Source: an uncultured Gammaproteobacteria bacterium
GTDB lineage: Bacteria > Patescibacteriota > Patescibacteriia > UBA9570 > XYC2-FULL-38-9
Reading direction: 5' to 3'
Assembly (NCBI GenBank): GCA_964344485.1
Contig: CAYFNF010000001.1
Location: 186,115 to 250,114, forward strand
DNA length: 64,000 nt
The translations under genes were made by a program, and so were the position numbers. How positions within the stretch are numbered: the stretch's first letter is position 1; each line of letters begins with the position of its first letter. Of this stretch, positions 1 to 8,491 are shown in pieces. The notes below the pieces were generated by a model, which did no database searches, was not told the DNA's origin, and saw nothing but the letters and a program-made list of their open reading frames with translations.

Positions 1-729
1 GATTACCCGCTGGGGCTGCAATTGGTCACTGATGAAGAGATCGGGGGATTTGATGGCACAGGGTATCAGGTGGAGAAAGGTGTGCGCTCAGAGTTTGTTA
101 TTGCGGTTGAAGCCACGAATTTTGATATCGTAAATAAAGCAAAAGGAATTCTATGGGCTAAGGTTTCTGCAACAGGGAAAACCGGCCATGGAGCGCATCC
201 GTGGAATGGTGAGAATGCTATTTGGAAGATGCACAGTTTCTTACAGGCGCTACAGAAGAATTATCCGGTTCCGAAAAAGGAACAATGGGCGACTACGGTT
301 AATCTCTGTGACATAGGCACAAGCAACCATGCATATAACAAGATTCCTGACGACTGTATGGTCGGTTTGGATGTCCGTTTTATTCCCGAAGACACTAAGA
401 CGATCCTGCCGAGTATAAAGAAGTTACTGCCAAAAGGTTCCACACTCGAGGTTATTACAAACGAACCCGCGTTGTTAGTTGACAAAGACAATGATCATAT
501 TACACTGTTGCGGAACGCTGGACGGAGTGTCTTGAAAAAGAGCATGAAATTACGTGGAGCTCAAGGATCATCTGATGCACGACACTTTACTAAAGTGAAC
601 TGCCCAGGGATTGAGTTCGGGCCAGTTGGCGCTGGAATCGGTAGCGACAAGGAGTGGGTCAGTATTTCAAGCTTAGAACAGTTCTACTATTTACTAGCCG
701 AGTATCTCACGGCGTTACATACTAAATAA
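1..729 (+). CDS. M20-family metallopeptidase (ArgE/DapE-like), C-terminal part; 5' end lies outside the window
   Basis: The reading frame is open from base 1 with no stop (DYPLGLQLVTDEE...). It carries the M20 motif GKTGHGAHPWNGENAI and a typical C-terminal dimerisation/catalytic region. Confidence 0.7.
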   Translation, partial: DYPLGLQLVTDEEIGGFDGTGYQVEKGVRSEFVIAVEATNFDIVNKAKGILWAKVSATGKTGHGAHPWNGENAIWKMHSFLQALQKNYPVPKKEQWATTVNLCDIGTSNHAYNKIPDDCMVGLDVRFIPEDTKTILPSIKKLLPKGSTLEVITNEPALLVDKDNDHITLLRNAGRSVLKKSMKLRGAQGSSDARHFTKVNCPGIEFGPVGAGIGSDKEWVSISSLEQFYYLLAEYLTALHTK

Positions 730-747
730 CCTATTTAAATTAACAAC

Positions 748-1509
748 ATGGCAAAAAAAGAGATTAAACAGCGCAAAGATTTACGCATTCTACTTGTTCA
801 GATGCGTGGTGATGAAACTAAGCAGCATGAGATGGACTGTTTATTACGATACGGACATCTTGAGCCTGAGCAATTAATCTCTTATGATGCGTTAACTGAT
901 TCGGTGACCAATGACATTATCGAGGGTATGGACGCGGTGATTGTTGGGGGCGCAAACGAATTTCGAGTGTCGCACAAGGACTTTCATCAACTAGAAGAAG
1001 TAGAGGAGTTGGTTCGACACTGTACAGAGAAGAAAATTCCATTACTTGGCATTTGTTACGGAGCACATGTGATTGCAGAGGCGCTCGGTGGAACCGTGGA
1101 GTACACCCCGGATCGTAAAGAAGTGTCTAATCATGTCATGACCTGCATGCCAGCAGCTACGGATGACGAATTGCTGTATGACATGCCAAAGAAATTTAAA
1201 GCAAACTGTGGACGAACCGACAATATTATCAGTATTCCTGAGCATATGATTCACTTGGTGAAGTCTGAATTATCTGAATACCATATCTTCCGTGTTCCTG
1301 AGGCGCCAGTTTATGCAGTCCAGTTTCACGCAGAGTTGTGTAAGAAAGATGAGTGGACGCGTATGGACTTTGCTCATGCACATGGTGGGTACTTTAAGGA
1401 CAATGAAGACTTGCAGAATCAGAAAGATAAGATTGTAAAGACTCCTGAGGCAACGAGTTTAATAGAGAAATTTGTTGATCGAATAGTGCTTCCAGCTGTG
1501 AATTCATAG
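748..1509 (+). CDS. Class I glutamine amidotransferase-like protein (COG0518/GuaA-N-like), paralog 1
   Basis: N-terminus has LRILLVQMRGD. The Cys nucleophile sits in LLGICYGAHVIAEALGG and the His in VQFHAEL. Length is ~250 aa. Confidence 0.75.
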   Translation: MAKKEIKQRKDLRILLVQMRGDETKQHEMDCLLRYGHLEPEQLISYDALTDSVTNDIIEGMDAVIVGGANEFRVSHKDFHQLEEVEELVRHCTEKKIPLLGICYGAHVIAEALGGTVEYTPDRKEVSNHVMTCMPAATDDELLYDMPKKFKANCGRTDNIISIPEHMIHLVKSELSEYHIFRVPEAPVYAVQFHAELCKKDEWTRMDFAHAHGGYFKDNEDLQNQKDKIVKTPEATSLIEKFVDRIVLPAVNS

Positions 1510-1744
1510 CCTGCGCATCGTTTCTACTAGACCCATTAGTAGATTTTTCCACATTTTTTCGAAAAACCCTTGACTTATGACGATCATTATTATAGAATTT
1601 TGCAAACGTTAAATAACGTACAAACGTAATGAACTCAGTGACACATACAATACAGAACTGTTTCGAGCTAATTATTAGCCTGATTGTCCTTATTCGTAAG
1701 GGTGGGTTTTTGAGTGCTAGGTAAACGTATTTACACATTACTCA

Positions 1745-1770
1745 AAAGCCCGCCACTCGGCGGGTTTTTT
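1745..1770 (+). terminator. Rho-independent terminator
   Basis: Hairpin gcccgcc-actc-ggcgggt followed by tttttt. Confidence 0.6.
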
Positions 1771-2049
1771 CATTACGTGATTGAGCCTCTCGCAGTACTC
1801 GTTCGGACTATAAACCCGGCTTGCGCCGGGCCAACCGTCCTTCACGAGCACTGCTGCGGCTCTCATGAAATGAATAACCTCACTGTACATGTAGAAATAC
1901 GTCTACAGTGGCACATTGAAAAGTGATTGATGTCAGATACTCTTGTCGATCTGGCGGTTCGTAGGAGGAGAGCGAGCCGCCGGACTGGCAAGAGTATCCT
2001 TCCCCAAGATGGGGAGTAACAGAACCGCGCTGCTGTGAAAAGGAGAGAC

Positions 2050-3351
2050 ATGAAGCGGATTCTGATCGACGCGGTCCAAGAGGATTGGCCGCACCTGCGA
2101 GATGTCGACGCGATCGAAGCCTACTGGAATCGACCGCTGATGTTCGGAGAAGACTGCGTGGTGGTGGTCCACGCGAGCCAGGAGGACGAAGAACTGCAGC
2201 AGCTGCTGCACGACTACGGAACCATGGGCATCGGGCCCGCCGAAGTCATCTACGTCACGCCGCGAGGCAGAAGCTTCTACCAGGACATCCTGGCTGACAC
2301 CGACGCCATGGCGCGGATTCGCGCTCTGATGGCCGAAGGCGCCAAGCTGGACCTGTTCTGTGCTTCGCTCGAGGCGATCAAGTTCGTGGAAGCCGCTGGC
2401 TTCAAGTGGGACACCGACACGCTCAACCCTACCCCGGATCTGTACGCCCTACTGGCCAACAAGGCCGCGATGCGCGAGATGCTGGTGGAGGCCGGACTTC
2501 ACACCCTGGTACCGCCGCACGTGCTCGTGCGAACCGAAGCCGACCTGCGACAGTGGGTCACCTACTTCGGAGAGAACGGTGAAGGCGACGGAGTCTGTGT
2601 GAAGCGCCCGGACGGCGCGAGCTCGGAAGGGCAGGTGTTCCTGCGCAAGGGCGATGCGCCCGACGAGTTCCTCCGTACCCACTTCGATCCAGAGCTCCGC
2701 ATCATCGTGGAGCCCGCGTACGAGCACATCCCGTTCTCCGTGGTCTACGACCTCACCGGAAGCGAGGCTCGACTCGCGTACGGTTCCCTGCAGTGGCAGG
2801 GGCGTCACACCCGGCTCGGTGATCGCATCACCATGAGGCACCTGGTCGACAAGGACCTGGATCACCGCGCGAACATGGTGGGGTCCACCGGAATGGACCT
2901 GGGACCGCTGGCATGGCGCCAGATCGAGAGCGCGGCTGTCGCGTACGAGCCGGTCATGGGCCGGATCTACGAGATGGGCTACCGCAGCCAGATCTGTGCC
3001 GACATGCTCGGCGTGAACCCCATGATGGCCCTCGGGTCGGAGTTCAACCCCCGTCGTGCGCACAGCAACTTCCCGGCCGCTGTCCAAGCAGCACTGGAGT
3101 CCCGCTTCGGTGGGGAGATCGTGGTCCTGGCGACCAACGTCGAAGTACACCCTTCGGTGAACTCGTACTCCGCTGCTCGTTCTCGCGTGTCGCACCTGTG
3201 CGACGGAACCTCGCCCTCGGGCGTGCTGTTCTACCACACCCCCATCCTCCCCATCATGCCCAAGTGCGGGCTGATCTGCTGCGGACGCAGCTTCGAGGAG
3301 GTGCGGGAGCACTGCGAGACGGCTGAGGCCGAACTGCAAGCTGCCGCGTGA
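2050..3351 (+). CDS. ATP-grasp superfamily enzyme (carboxylate-amine ligase-like), high-GC foreign-looking gene
   Basis: GC is about 60-65% versus ~40% in the flanks. An SD (AAGGAGAG) lies 8 nt before the ATG at 2050. ATP-grasp-like blocks include NKAAMREMLVEAGLHTLVPP, VCVKRPDGASSEGQV, IVEPAYEHIPFSVVY and GVNPMMALGSEFNPR. The antisense ORF 2449..3339 is a GC artefact. Confidence 0.6.
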   Translation: MKRILIDAVQEDWPHLRDVDAIEAYWNRPLMFGEDCVVVVHASQEDEELQQLLHDYGTMGIGPAEVIYVTPRGRSFYQDILADTDAMARIRALMAEGAKLDLFCASLEAIKFVEAAGFKWDTDTLNPTPDLYALLANKAAMREMLVEAGLHTLVPPHVLVRTEADLRQWVTYFGENGEGDGVCVKRPDGASSEGQVFLRKGDAPDEFLRTHFDPELRIIVEPAYEHIPFSVVYDLTGSEARLAYGSLQWQGRHTRLGDRITMRHLVDKDLDHRANMVGSTGMDLGPLAWRQIESAAVAYEPVMGRIYEMGYRSQICADMLGVNPMMALGSEFNPRRAHSNFPAAVQAALESRFGGEIVVLATNVEVHPSVNSYSAARSRVSHLCDGTSPSGVLFYHTPILPIMPKCGLICCGRSFEEVREHCETAEAELQAAA

Positions 3352-3510
3352 GCGGCAACGGCGAAGCTGGGCGGGCCTACCGAAGCACCACTACAGGACA
3401 TCGCATCAACGACATCAGTCCTTCGGGGTGAGCACCACACTCGCCCCTCCCCATTTTTTTCAACAACCCCGCGTCTGAGCGGTTCATATAAACATGATAT
3501 AATAATCACT

Positions 3511-4278
3511 ATGCCCGAAATAGCATCAAAAAAAACACGCGATCAAGTGAAGATTCGAGTCATTCACTTTCGAAGCGATCCAGTCATACAAAAGATGGAG
3601 TTTGATAGTTTTGTACGTTTTACAAAATTACGACCAGAGCAGCTTGTTGTGCATAACGCATTAACCGACCCAGTAACTACTGACCTGATAGATGGATTCG
3701 ATGGATTACTCATCGCCGGCGGTGGAGATGTTCGTGTTACCGAGGAGCTACCGTTTTGGGAGCCGGTGCGAAAGTTGTTGCGCCATGCGTATGAAATTAA
3801 TTTTCCAACGCTTGGAGTCTGCTTAGGCATCCAGTTAGCAGCACAAGAGTTCGGTGGAAAGCTCACGAGTGACAAGAAGTACTTCGAAACCGGAACCTAT
3901 CCAATGTACTTAACAGACGCAGCAAAGAACGATCCGATGTATCAAGGAATTCCAGAGATATTTAATGGACAGATGGGGCATAATGATACAGTAATTGAAA
4001 TACCAGCAGAAGCTGTTCATCTCACCTATAGCGATAGGTCAAAATATCAAGCGTTCTGCTTTCCCGGGAAGAAGATGTACTTCACGCAGTATCATCCTGA
4101 GTTAGACGAGCACCAGTTGCGTGAGCGTCTGTATTATTATGAAGAGCATTACGCAGATAACAAAGAAGAGTTTCAAGCCATCCTGAACACACTGCAAGAC
4201 TCCACTGATGCGTCTCTCATACTAGAACGGTTTGTTGATGTGTTGGTGCTTGATTCTGAAGCAGTTTGCGGAATGTAG
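3511..4278 (+). CDS. Class I glutamine amidotransferase-like protein, paralog 2
   Basis: Shares the same architecture as 748..1509: IRVIHFRSD, FVRFTKLRPEQL, TLGVCLGIQLAAQEFGG and TQYHPEL. Confidence 0.75.
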   Translation: MPEIASKKTRDQVKIRVIHFRSDPVIQKMEFDSFVRFTKLRPEQLVVHNALTDPVTTDLIDGFDGLLIAGGGDVRVTEELPFWEPVRKLLRHAYEINFPTLGVCLGIQLAAQEFGGKLTSDKKYFETGTYPMYLTDAAKNDPMYQGIPEIFNGQMGHNDTVIEIPAEAVHLTYSDRSKYQAFCFPGKKMYFTQYHPELDEHQLRERLYYYEEHYADNKEEFQAILNTLQDSTDASLILERFVDVLVLDSEAVCGM

Positions 4279-4331
4279 GAATACTTGTTAGTATCACGTC
4301 TATAATTAAATTAGTTTTTTTCAATACACAG

Positions 4332-5102
4332 ATGTCACAGCCAAAGAAACGGGAGGATGTACGGATTCTCCTTTTACAATTCCGAGAGGACCCATTTATT
4401 AAGAAGCAGGAGTTTGATCAATACGTACGGTTTACGAAACTTCGCGCAGATCAGATTGATGTCCTAGATGCATTAACAGAGACAGTTACAAATGACTGTG
4501 TCCATGGGTATAATGGAGTCATAGTGGGTGGAGTTGGACATATATTCATCAGCGACAACGCTCCGTTTCAAGAACCGGTACTCGAGTTAATTCGCTATTT
4601 ACTCGAACAGAACATTCCAACGCTCGGAATCTGTTTTGGCGCACAACTTGCTGCACTGGCGTTAGGCGGTACAGTAGAGCGAAAGCCAGAGATGTTTGAG
4701 TACGGAACGTATCAGATGTATTTAGAGGATGAAGCGAAGAACGATTTGATGTTCGACGGTGTACCATCTCCTTTTAATGGACAGATGGGGCATAAAGATT
4801 CTATTACTGAGCTACCTGAGGGTGCCGTGCGCTTAACGTATAGTGATGCATGTCCAAATCAAGCGTTTTACTTCCCCGGAAAGAAGTTTTATGTTGTGCA
4901 GTATCATCCGGAGCTAGATGAGAAAGGGCTAAAAGATCGTTTAGCGTATTATCGTGACCACTATGCTCGAGATGAGAAGCAATATCAAGAGCTGCGAGAC
5001 CGTATTACCGACTCTACTGACGCATCAAAGATTCTAGAGCGGTTTATCGACGTGCTCGTGCTTGACGAGCCAGCGCAACAGAGCGTAAAAGATCAGAAAT
5101 AA
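4332..5102 (+). CDS. Class I glutamine amidotransferase-like protein, paralog 3
   Basis: Carries VRILLLQFRED, YVRFTKLRADQ, TLGICFGAQLAALALGG and VQYHPEL. About 50% identical to paralog 2. The start is taken at ATG 4332; the upstream extension in the ORF track overlaps paralog 2. Confidence 0.7.
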   Translation: MSQPKKREDVRILLLQFREDPFIKKQEFDQYVRFTKLRADQIDVLDALTETVTNDCVHGYNGVIVGGVGHIFISDNAPFQEPVLELIRYLLEQNIPTLGICFGAQLAALALGGTVERKPEMFEYGTYQMYLEDEAKNDLMFDGVPSPFNGQMGHKDSITELPEGAVRLTYSDACPNQAFYFPGKKFYVVQYHPELDEKGLKDRLAYYRDHYARDEKQYQELRDRITDSTDASKILERFIDVLVLDEPAQQSVKDQK

Positions 5103-5447
5103 GATTCCCTAGGCCTAGCACCAAATGTTGTCAACTAGTTGTGTGTAGAATCTGTGCACGGGAGCACTTGATTTTTCCACTACAAACAACGTATAATGAA
5201 GGTGTCCTCTTTGAGGACGCAAGCTCTGTGATCGATACATCCAGTTTCAACAAGTCGTTTCCTGTAGGGTTCATATTTTACACACTGCGGTGTGTGAAGA
5301 GGGCCTCATGAGGTAGTTGTGCTCTGTACTACTCTGAAAGTGGTTCCGACTGCTTGAAGGTCTGCAGAATACTAGCTAGCTGAAGAAGCTGGCGAAGCCC
5401 ACCTACTTATCAGGAAGCTCGGAATATCGATAAACAGAGCTCACAAT

Positions 5448-5468
5448 ACCCGGGAGTACCCGGTTTTT
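5448..5468 (+). terminator. Terminator-like hairpin
   Basis: Stem ccggg-agta-cccgg followed by ttttt. Confidence 0.4.
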
Positions 5469-5515
5469 GTGTATAAAAAAACGCGCTGTGGCTCAGCTCG
5501 CTGTAGAGCGAAGCG

Positions 5516-6058
5516 TCATGAACCCACGCGCGTGCGTGTGAACAGCAGATGCGAGTTGCCGGACCAGAGGCGCTGGTAGCGACCCATGGGTCGATCCATG
5601 GAGCAGTAGGAGTAGTGCTCGCGCAAGTGTCGACGACCGCCAGTTGGTGACATGACGTGGATCACTGGGAAGGAGGTCTGGATCTGACCGACCTTGCCAG
5701 CGTCGTACGGTCTGCTGTTGAACGGGGAACCGAGGGCGAGCACCCCAGGGTCGTCATCATCTTCGTCGTAGACCCGGGTGACCAGGTCCCATGCGATCAG
5801 CTCCCACATGTTCGCCGGTCGGAACCCCCTGAGCCCTGTTGAGATCAGGAGTTGCTCAATGGGGACAGAGCCTGCACATCCGTACGGGGTCTCGCGAACC
5901 CGTACCAGGAAGAAGTCGCCGGGCCGTCCTGGCTGCATCAAGATCTCTGCCATGTTCTCCGATGGCCGCAGTCGGCGTGGTAGTCTGGTCGTGCTGCCGA
6001 GGTCCAGACCGAACGGGATGTTCAGCCGGAGTATGACCGTAAGCAAGCTGCTTACCAT
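5516..6058 (-). CDS. Hypothetical protein (high-GC island gene 1)
   Basis: High-GC ORF. ATG at 6058 is preceded by a perfect SD (AGGAGG, 9 nt spacing). The longer ORF reaching 6124 would start at GTG without an SD. No family recognised. Confidence 0.5.
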   Translation of the reverse strand: MVSSLLTVILRLNIPFGLDLGSTTRLPRRLRPSENMAEILMQPGRPGDFFLVRVRETPYGCAGSVPIEQLLISTGLRGFRPANMWELIAWDLVTRVYDEDDDDPGVLALGSPFNSRPYDAGKVGQIQTSFPVIHVMSPTGGRRHLREHYSYCSMDRPMGRYQRLWSGNSHLLFTRTRVGS

Positions 6059-6074
6059 TTTGCTAATCCTCCTA

Positions 6075-6313
6075 AGAGGTGCTTCATTGCGAATGATGCA
6101 CCCATGAGTAGATCTTCGCCCCACTCATTCATGCACCATGTTGTAAAAAAACGAGCACAATGTTCGAAACCCTATTCACATTCTCGCGTCTGCTGAGGTG
6201 AAGAGGAGAACACTATGCTCGTGTTTCCAGCGTATGATACGACCGCTCGGTGTCGTTAGTAGTTTTTCTTCTATTTGCGGCTTCTTCTTACCATGAGATT
6301 GCATGATCGTCAA
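6075..6313 (-). promoter_or_regulatory. Promoter-like element plus structured attenuator-type 5' leader, copy 1
   Basis: Minus-strand reading: TTGACG, 17 nt, TAAGAA. Then an AACAC-GAGCAUA-GUGUU hairpin. Then a 12-bp stem ACGAGCAUAGUG/CAUUGUGCUCGU followed by UUUUUUU. About 70% identical to the copy at 7081..7295. Confidence 0.45.
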
Positions 6314-6364
6314 GCCTTTCTTGCGGTTGATATTGATGTGCAGTACAATCACTCAGAGGTATAT

Positions 6365-6435
6365 GCGGGATTAGTACAATGGTAGTACATCTGCTTCCCA
6401 AGCAGGAGACGCGAGTTCGATTCTCGTATCCCGCT
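6365..6435 (+). tRNA. tRNA-Gly (anticodon CCC)
   Basis: Full cloverleaf. Acceptor GCGGGAT/ATCCCGC, D-stem GTAC, anticodon arm TCTGC-TTCCCAA-GCAGG, T-arm GCGAG-TTCGATT-CTCGT. CCA is not encoded. Confidence 0.85.
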
Positions 6436-6468
6436 CAATCAATGAGACAATAAAAAAGCCGTGGTTGG

Positions 6469-7080
6469 TTACCAGGGCTGTTGCACTTCGGTCGCGTCCT
6501 TGTACGCCTGGTGCAGCTTGGTGAGCCATCCTTCGTCGCCGATTGACAGCGCGCAGAGCAGGACGATCACGATCAGCAGGATGCCCACTGGGAGCAGCAG
6601 GACCACGTCATTTCGCGGCTGACGGGATTGCGGTTGGCGCCACCCCATCACGCACCGCGCTTTCCGGTTTTCCACCATGGACGCGGCACCAGCCAGTAGA
6701 TCACCACCAGCAGGACCAGGGCCGGAAGCACGCGGTAGGTGTCGTTGGCGTGGGTCCACTCGGCCCGTGAGCGCGGTGAAGAGCGCGAAGTCGGTCTGGC
6801 GGATGACCCACCGGATCGCGCGCTTCTGGGCATCCAGCGTGTTGTAGGACGGCTGGTCGCGGAGGGCGCTGGTGCGAAGCATGTCCATGTGGTCCATCAG
6901 GACCACGCCGTTCACCCGCGCGTAGATGTGCACGCAGAGCACGAACAGCAGGACGCCCGCACAGGCTAGGGACTGGATGAACACGAACTCTGGGGAGCCG
7001 TGCACCACACAGTACGCCAGGTCCACGAACGCGCCGAACGCGAGGACGCGACTGAGGTATGCGAAGGTTCGCATGTTCAC
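6469..7080 (-). CDS. Hypothetical membrane protein (high-GC island gene 2)
   Basis: High-GC ORF with hydrophobic N-terminal helices (FAYLSRVLAFGAFVDLAYCVV, LACAGVLLFVLCV). Start is ambiguous between GTG 7080 and ATG 7074. The overlapping antisense ORFs are GC artefacts. Confidence 0.5.
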   Translation of the reverse strand: MNMRTFAYLSRVLAFGAFVDLAYCVVHGSPEFVFIQSLACAGVLLFVLCVHIYARVNGVVLMDHMDMLRTSALRDQPSYNTLDAQKRAIRWVIRQTDFALFTALTGRVDPRQRHLPRASGPGPAGGDLLAGAASMVENRKARCVMGWRQPQSRQPRNDVVLLLPVGILLIVIVLLCALSIGDEGWLTKLHQAYKDATEVQQPW

Positions 7081-7295
7081 CTCGTGTTGGAGTTGATTCC
7101 GTGCTAACGAAATGTGCAGTTTCGCAAAACACGGGCATGCTGTTCAAAACCCTTCTCACTTCGGTAGCGAAGTAGAAGGAGAACACCATACCCGTGTTTC
7201 CGAGCGCTTCTGTTACGGCGGCTCAGGTCACCGTTGTGTTGATAGCACTGAATTGTCGAACAGCTGTTTGTACCATAGTGAACGCTCTTTGTCAA
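7081..7295 (-). promoter_or_regulatory. Promoter-like element plus structured attenuator-type 5' leader, copy 2
   Basis: Minus-strand reading: TTGACA, 17 nt, TACAAA. Then an AACAC-GGGUAUG-GUGUU hairpin. Then a stem ACACGGGUAUGGUG/CAGCAUGCCCGUGU followed by UUUU. Compensatory changes relative to copy 1 preserve the pairing. Confidence 0.45.
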
Positions 7296-7355
7296 CGCTA
7301 TATTCTTATCTCGGTATTTCTGATACAGTAAATAGGTAATAAGTAAGATACAACT

Positions 7356-7697
7356 ATGGCACTATTTCGTTATGCAACCGGGAAGGAGCCGTATTACATT
7401 GAAGCAGGATGGCCGCGGGGGAGTACGTATAAAAAAAGCCCAACCACTATTCGAGTAACAAAAAAAGACGAGCAAGGAAAGTATGTGATGGTCCAGGATC
7501 TTGGAGAAGTGAACTATGAAAAAGAAAAAGCTGAACACGGGTGGCATTTTTCAGCTGAGCAGTTAGGTGATATTGAATTAAAGATTGTGAAGCGAGCACT
7601 ACTGTTTACAGAAGTACAAGTATTCTTGAATGGGGAGAAGTTGAAAGGCAGTGAGATACTCTCAACTGCAGCTGGAGAGGTCGGGAGATACTCGTAA
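7356..7697 (+). CDS. Hypothetical protein
   Basis: Low-GC 113-aa ORF. No recognisable domain and no clear SD. Confidence 0.35.
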   Translation: MALFRYATGKEPYYIEAGWPRGSTYKKSPTTIRVTKKDEQGKYVMVQDLGEVNYEKEKAEHGWHFSAEQLGDIELKIVKRALLFTEVQVFLNGEKLKGSEILSTAAGEVGRYS

Positions 7698-7715
7698 TAA
7701 TCATACTTCATAAGA

Positions 7716-7741
7716 CAGTCGCAGGTGTGCGGCTGTTTTTT
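7716..7741 (+). terminator. Rho-independent terminator
   Basis: Hairpin cagtcgca-ggtg-tgcggctg followed by tttttt. Confidence 0.45.
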
Positions 7742-7800
7742 GTATCCATTGACAGACCTATTCTATTCCTGCATCATAACAGTTCTGTTTGGAGACGCGC

Positions 7801-8169
7801 ATGATAGTGTTGAGAGGGAGTCGAGAGACAGCAACCGCAGCGTTCATCGCTCTGGGATGGAAGGTCCGGGGGAGTCCCCCTGAAGAGCTACCTGATGGTA
7901 CGACACTGCATCCCGTGCACAGCAACGGTGAGGCAGCAGTGGGCAAGGTCTGCATCACGAGTGGACGGCCCCAGACCGCGCAGCGCTTCTCGCTTCCGCA
8001 AGGAGCCGCGATCTACGTGCTCAAGGGGGTGCTCAAGCTGAATGGAGAGACGTACACCGCCGGTACCCTGATCTGGATCCCGGCATCTGGCGCGTTCAAC
8101 GTCGACACCACCCGTGAGTGCACACTCGGGGTGTTCTACCCCGCACTGCCCGGACTGACCGGACCCTGA
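7801..8169 (+). CDS. Cupin-fold-like small protein (high-GC)
   Basis: High-GC ORF. GGAG lies 7 nt before ATG 7801. Beta-rich and cupin-like: GAAIYVLKGVLKLNGETYTAGTLIWIPASGAFNV. Confidence 0.45.
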   Translation: MIVLRGSRETATAAFIALGWKVRGSPPEELPDGTTLHPVHSNGEAAVGKVCITSGRPQTAQRFSLPQGAAIYVLKGVLKLNGETYTAGTLIWIPASGAFNVDTTRECTLGVFYPALPGLTGP

Positions 8170-8440
8170 GCCATGCTGCTGTTGATGCACCGTGTTCCGT
8201 GACATGATCGGACCGCGGATTTTTTTATTCTAATGCCGCTACTCGCTTAACCCTACGTGATACCAGTCTCGCTTCCTCCGCTTCGGCTTTACATGACTGT
8301 TCTCAATTCCTGTAACGCACGCTTCGCGTGCTTTCCTTTGCGTGTTGATTTTTCGTTATCCGTGTCTTTTGCGCAGCCTTCAGGCTTCGGTGCGCTGCGA
8401 ATAGTATCACTTCGGGTGTCGCTTGTATCGCTTCTTGAAT

Positions 8441-8471
8441 AAAAAAACGGCGATGTCTTACGAGATCATCG
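8441..8471 (-). terminator. Terminator for the minus-strand gene ending at 8492
   Basis: On the minus strand, hairpin CGATG-atctcgtaaga-CATCG then CCGUUUUUUU, immediately after the stop. Confidence 0.4.
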
Positions 8472-8491
8472 TCCGCGTGAGCATGTGCGCA

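Noticed and set aside
2449-3339. 296-aa ORF on the minus strand, and several other overlapping ORFs (2085..2297, 2360..2602, 2913..3326) inside the ATP-grasp gene
   Set aside because: Stop-free antisense and alternate frames are expected in 60-65% GC DNA. They are Arg/Ala/Pro-rich with no motifs, and the + strand ATP-grasp frame has the SD and domain signatures.
6543-7189. Multiple ORFs overlapping island gene 2 (6543..6770 +, 6701..7189 -, 6739..6969 +)
   Set aside because: High-GC frame artefacts. One of them (6701..7189) runs through the conserved leader and promoter element.
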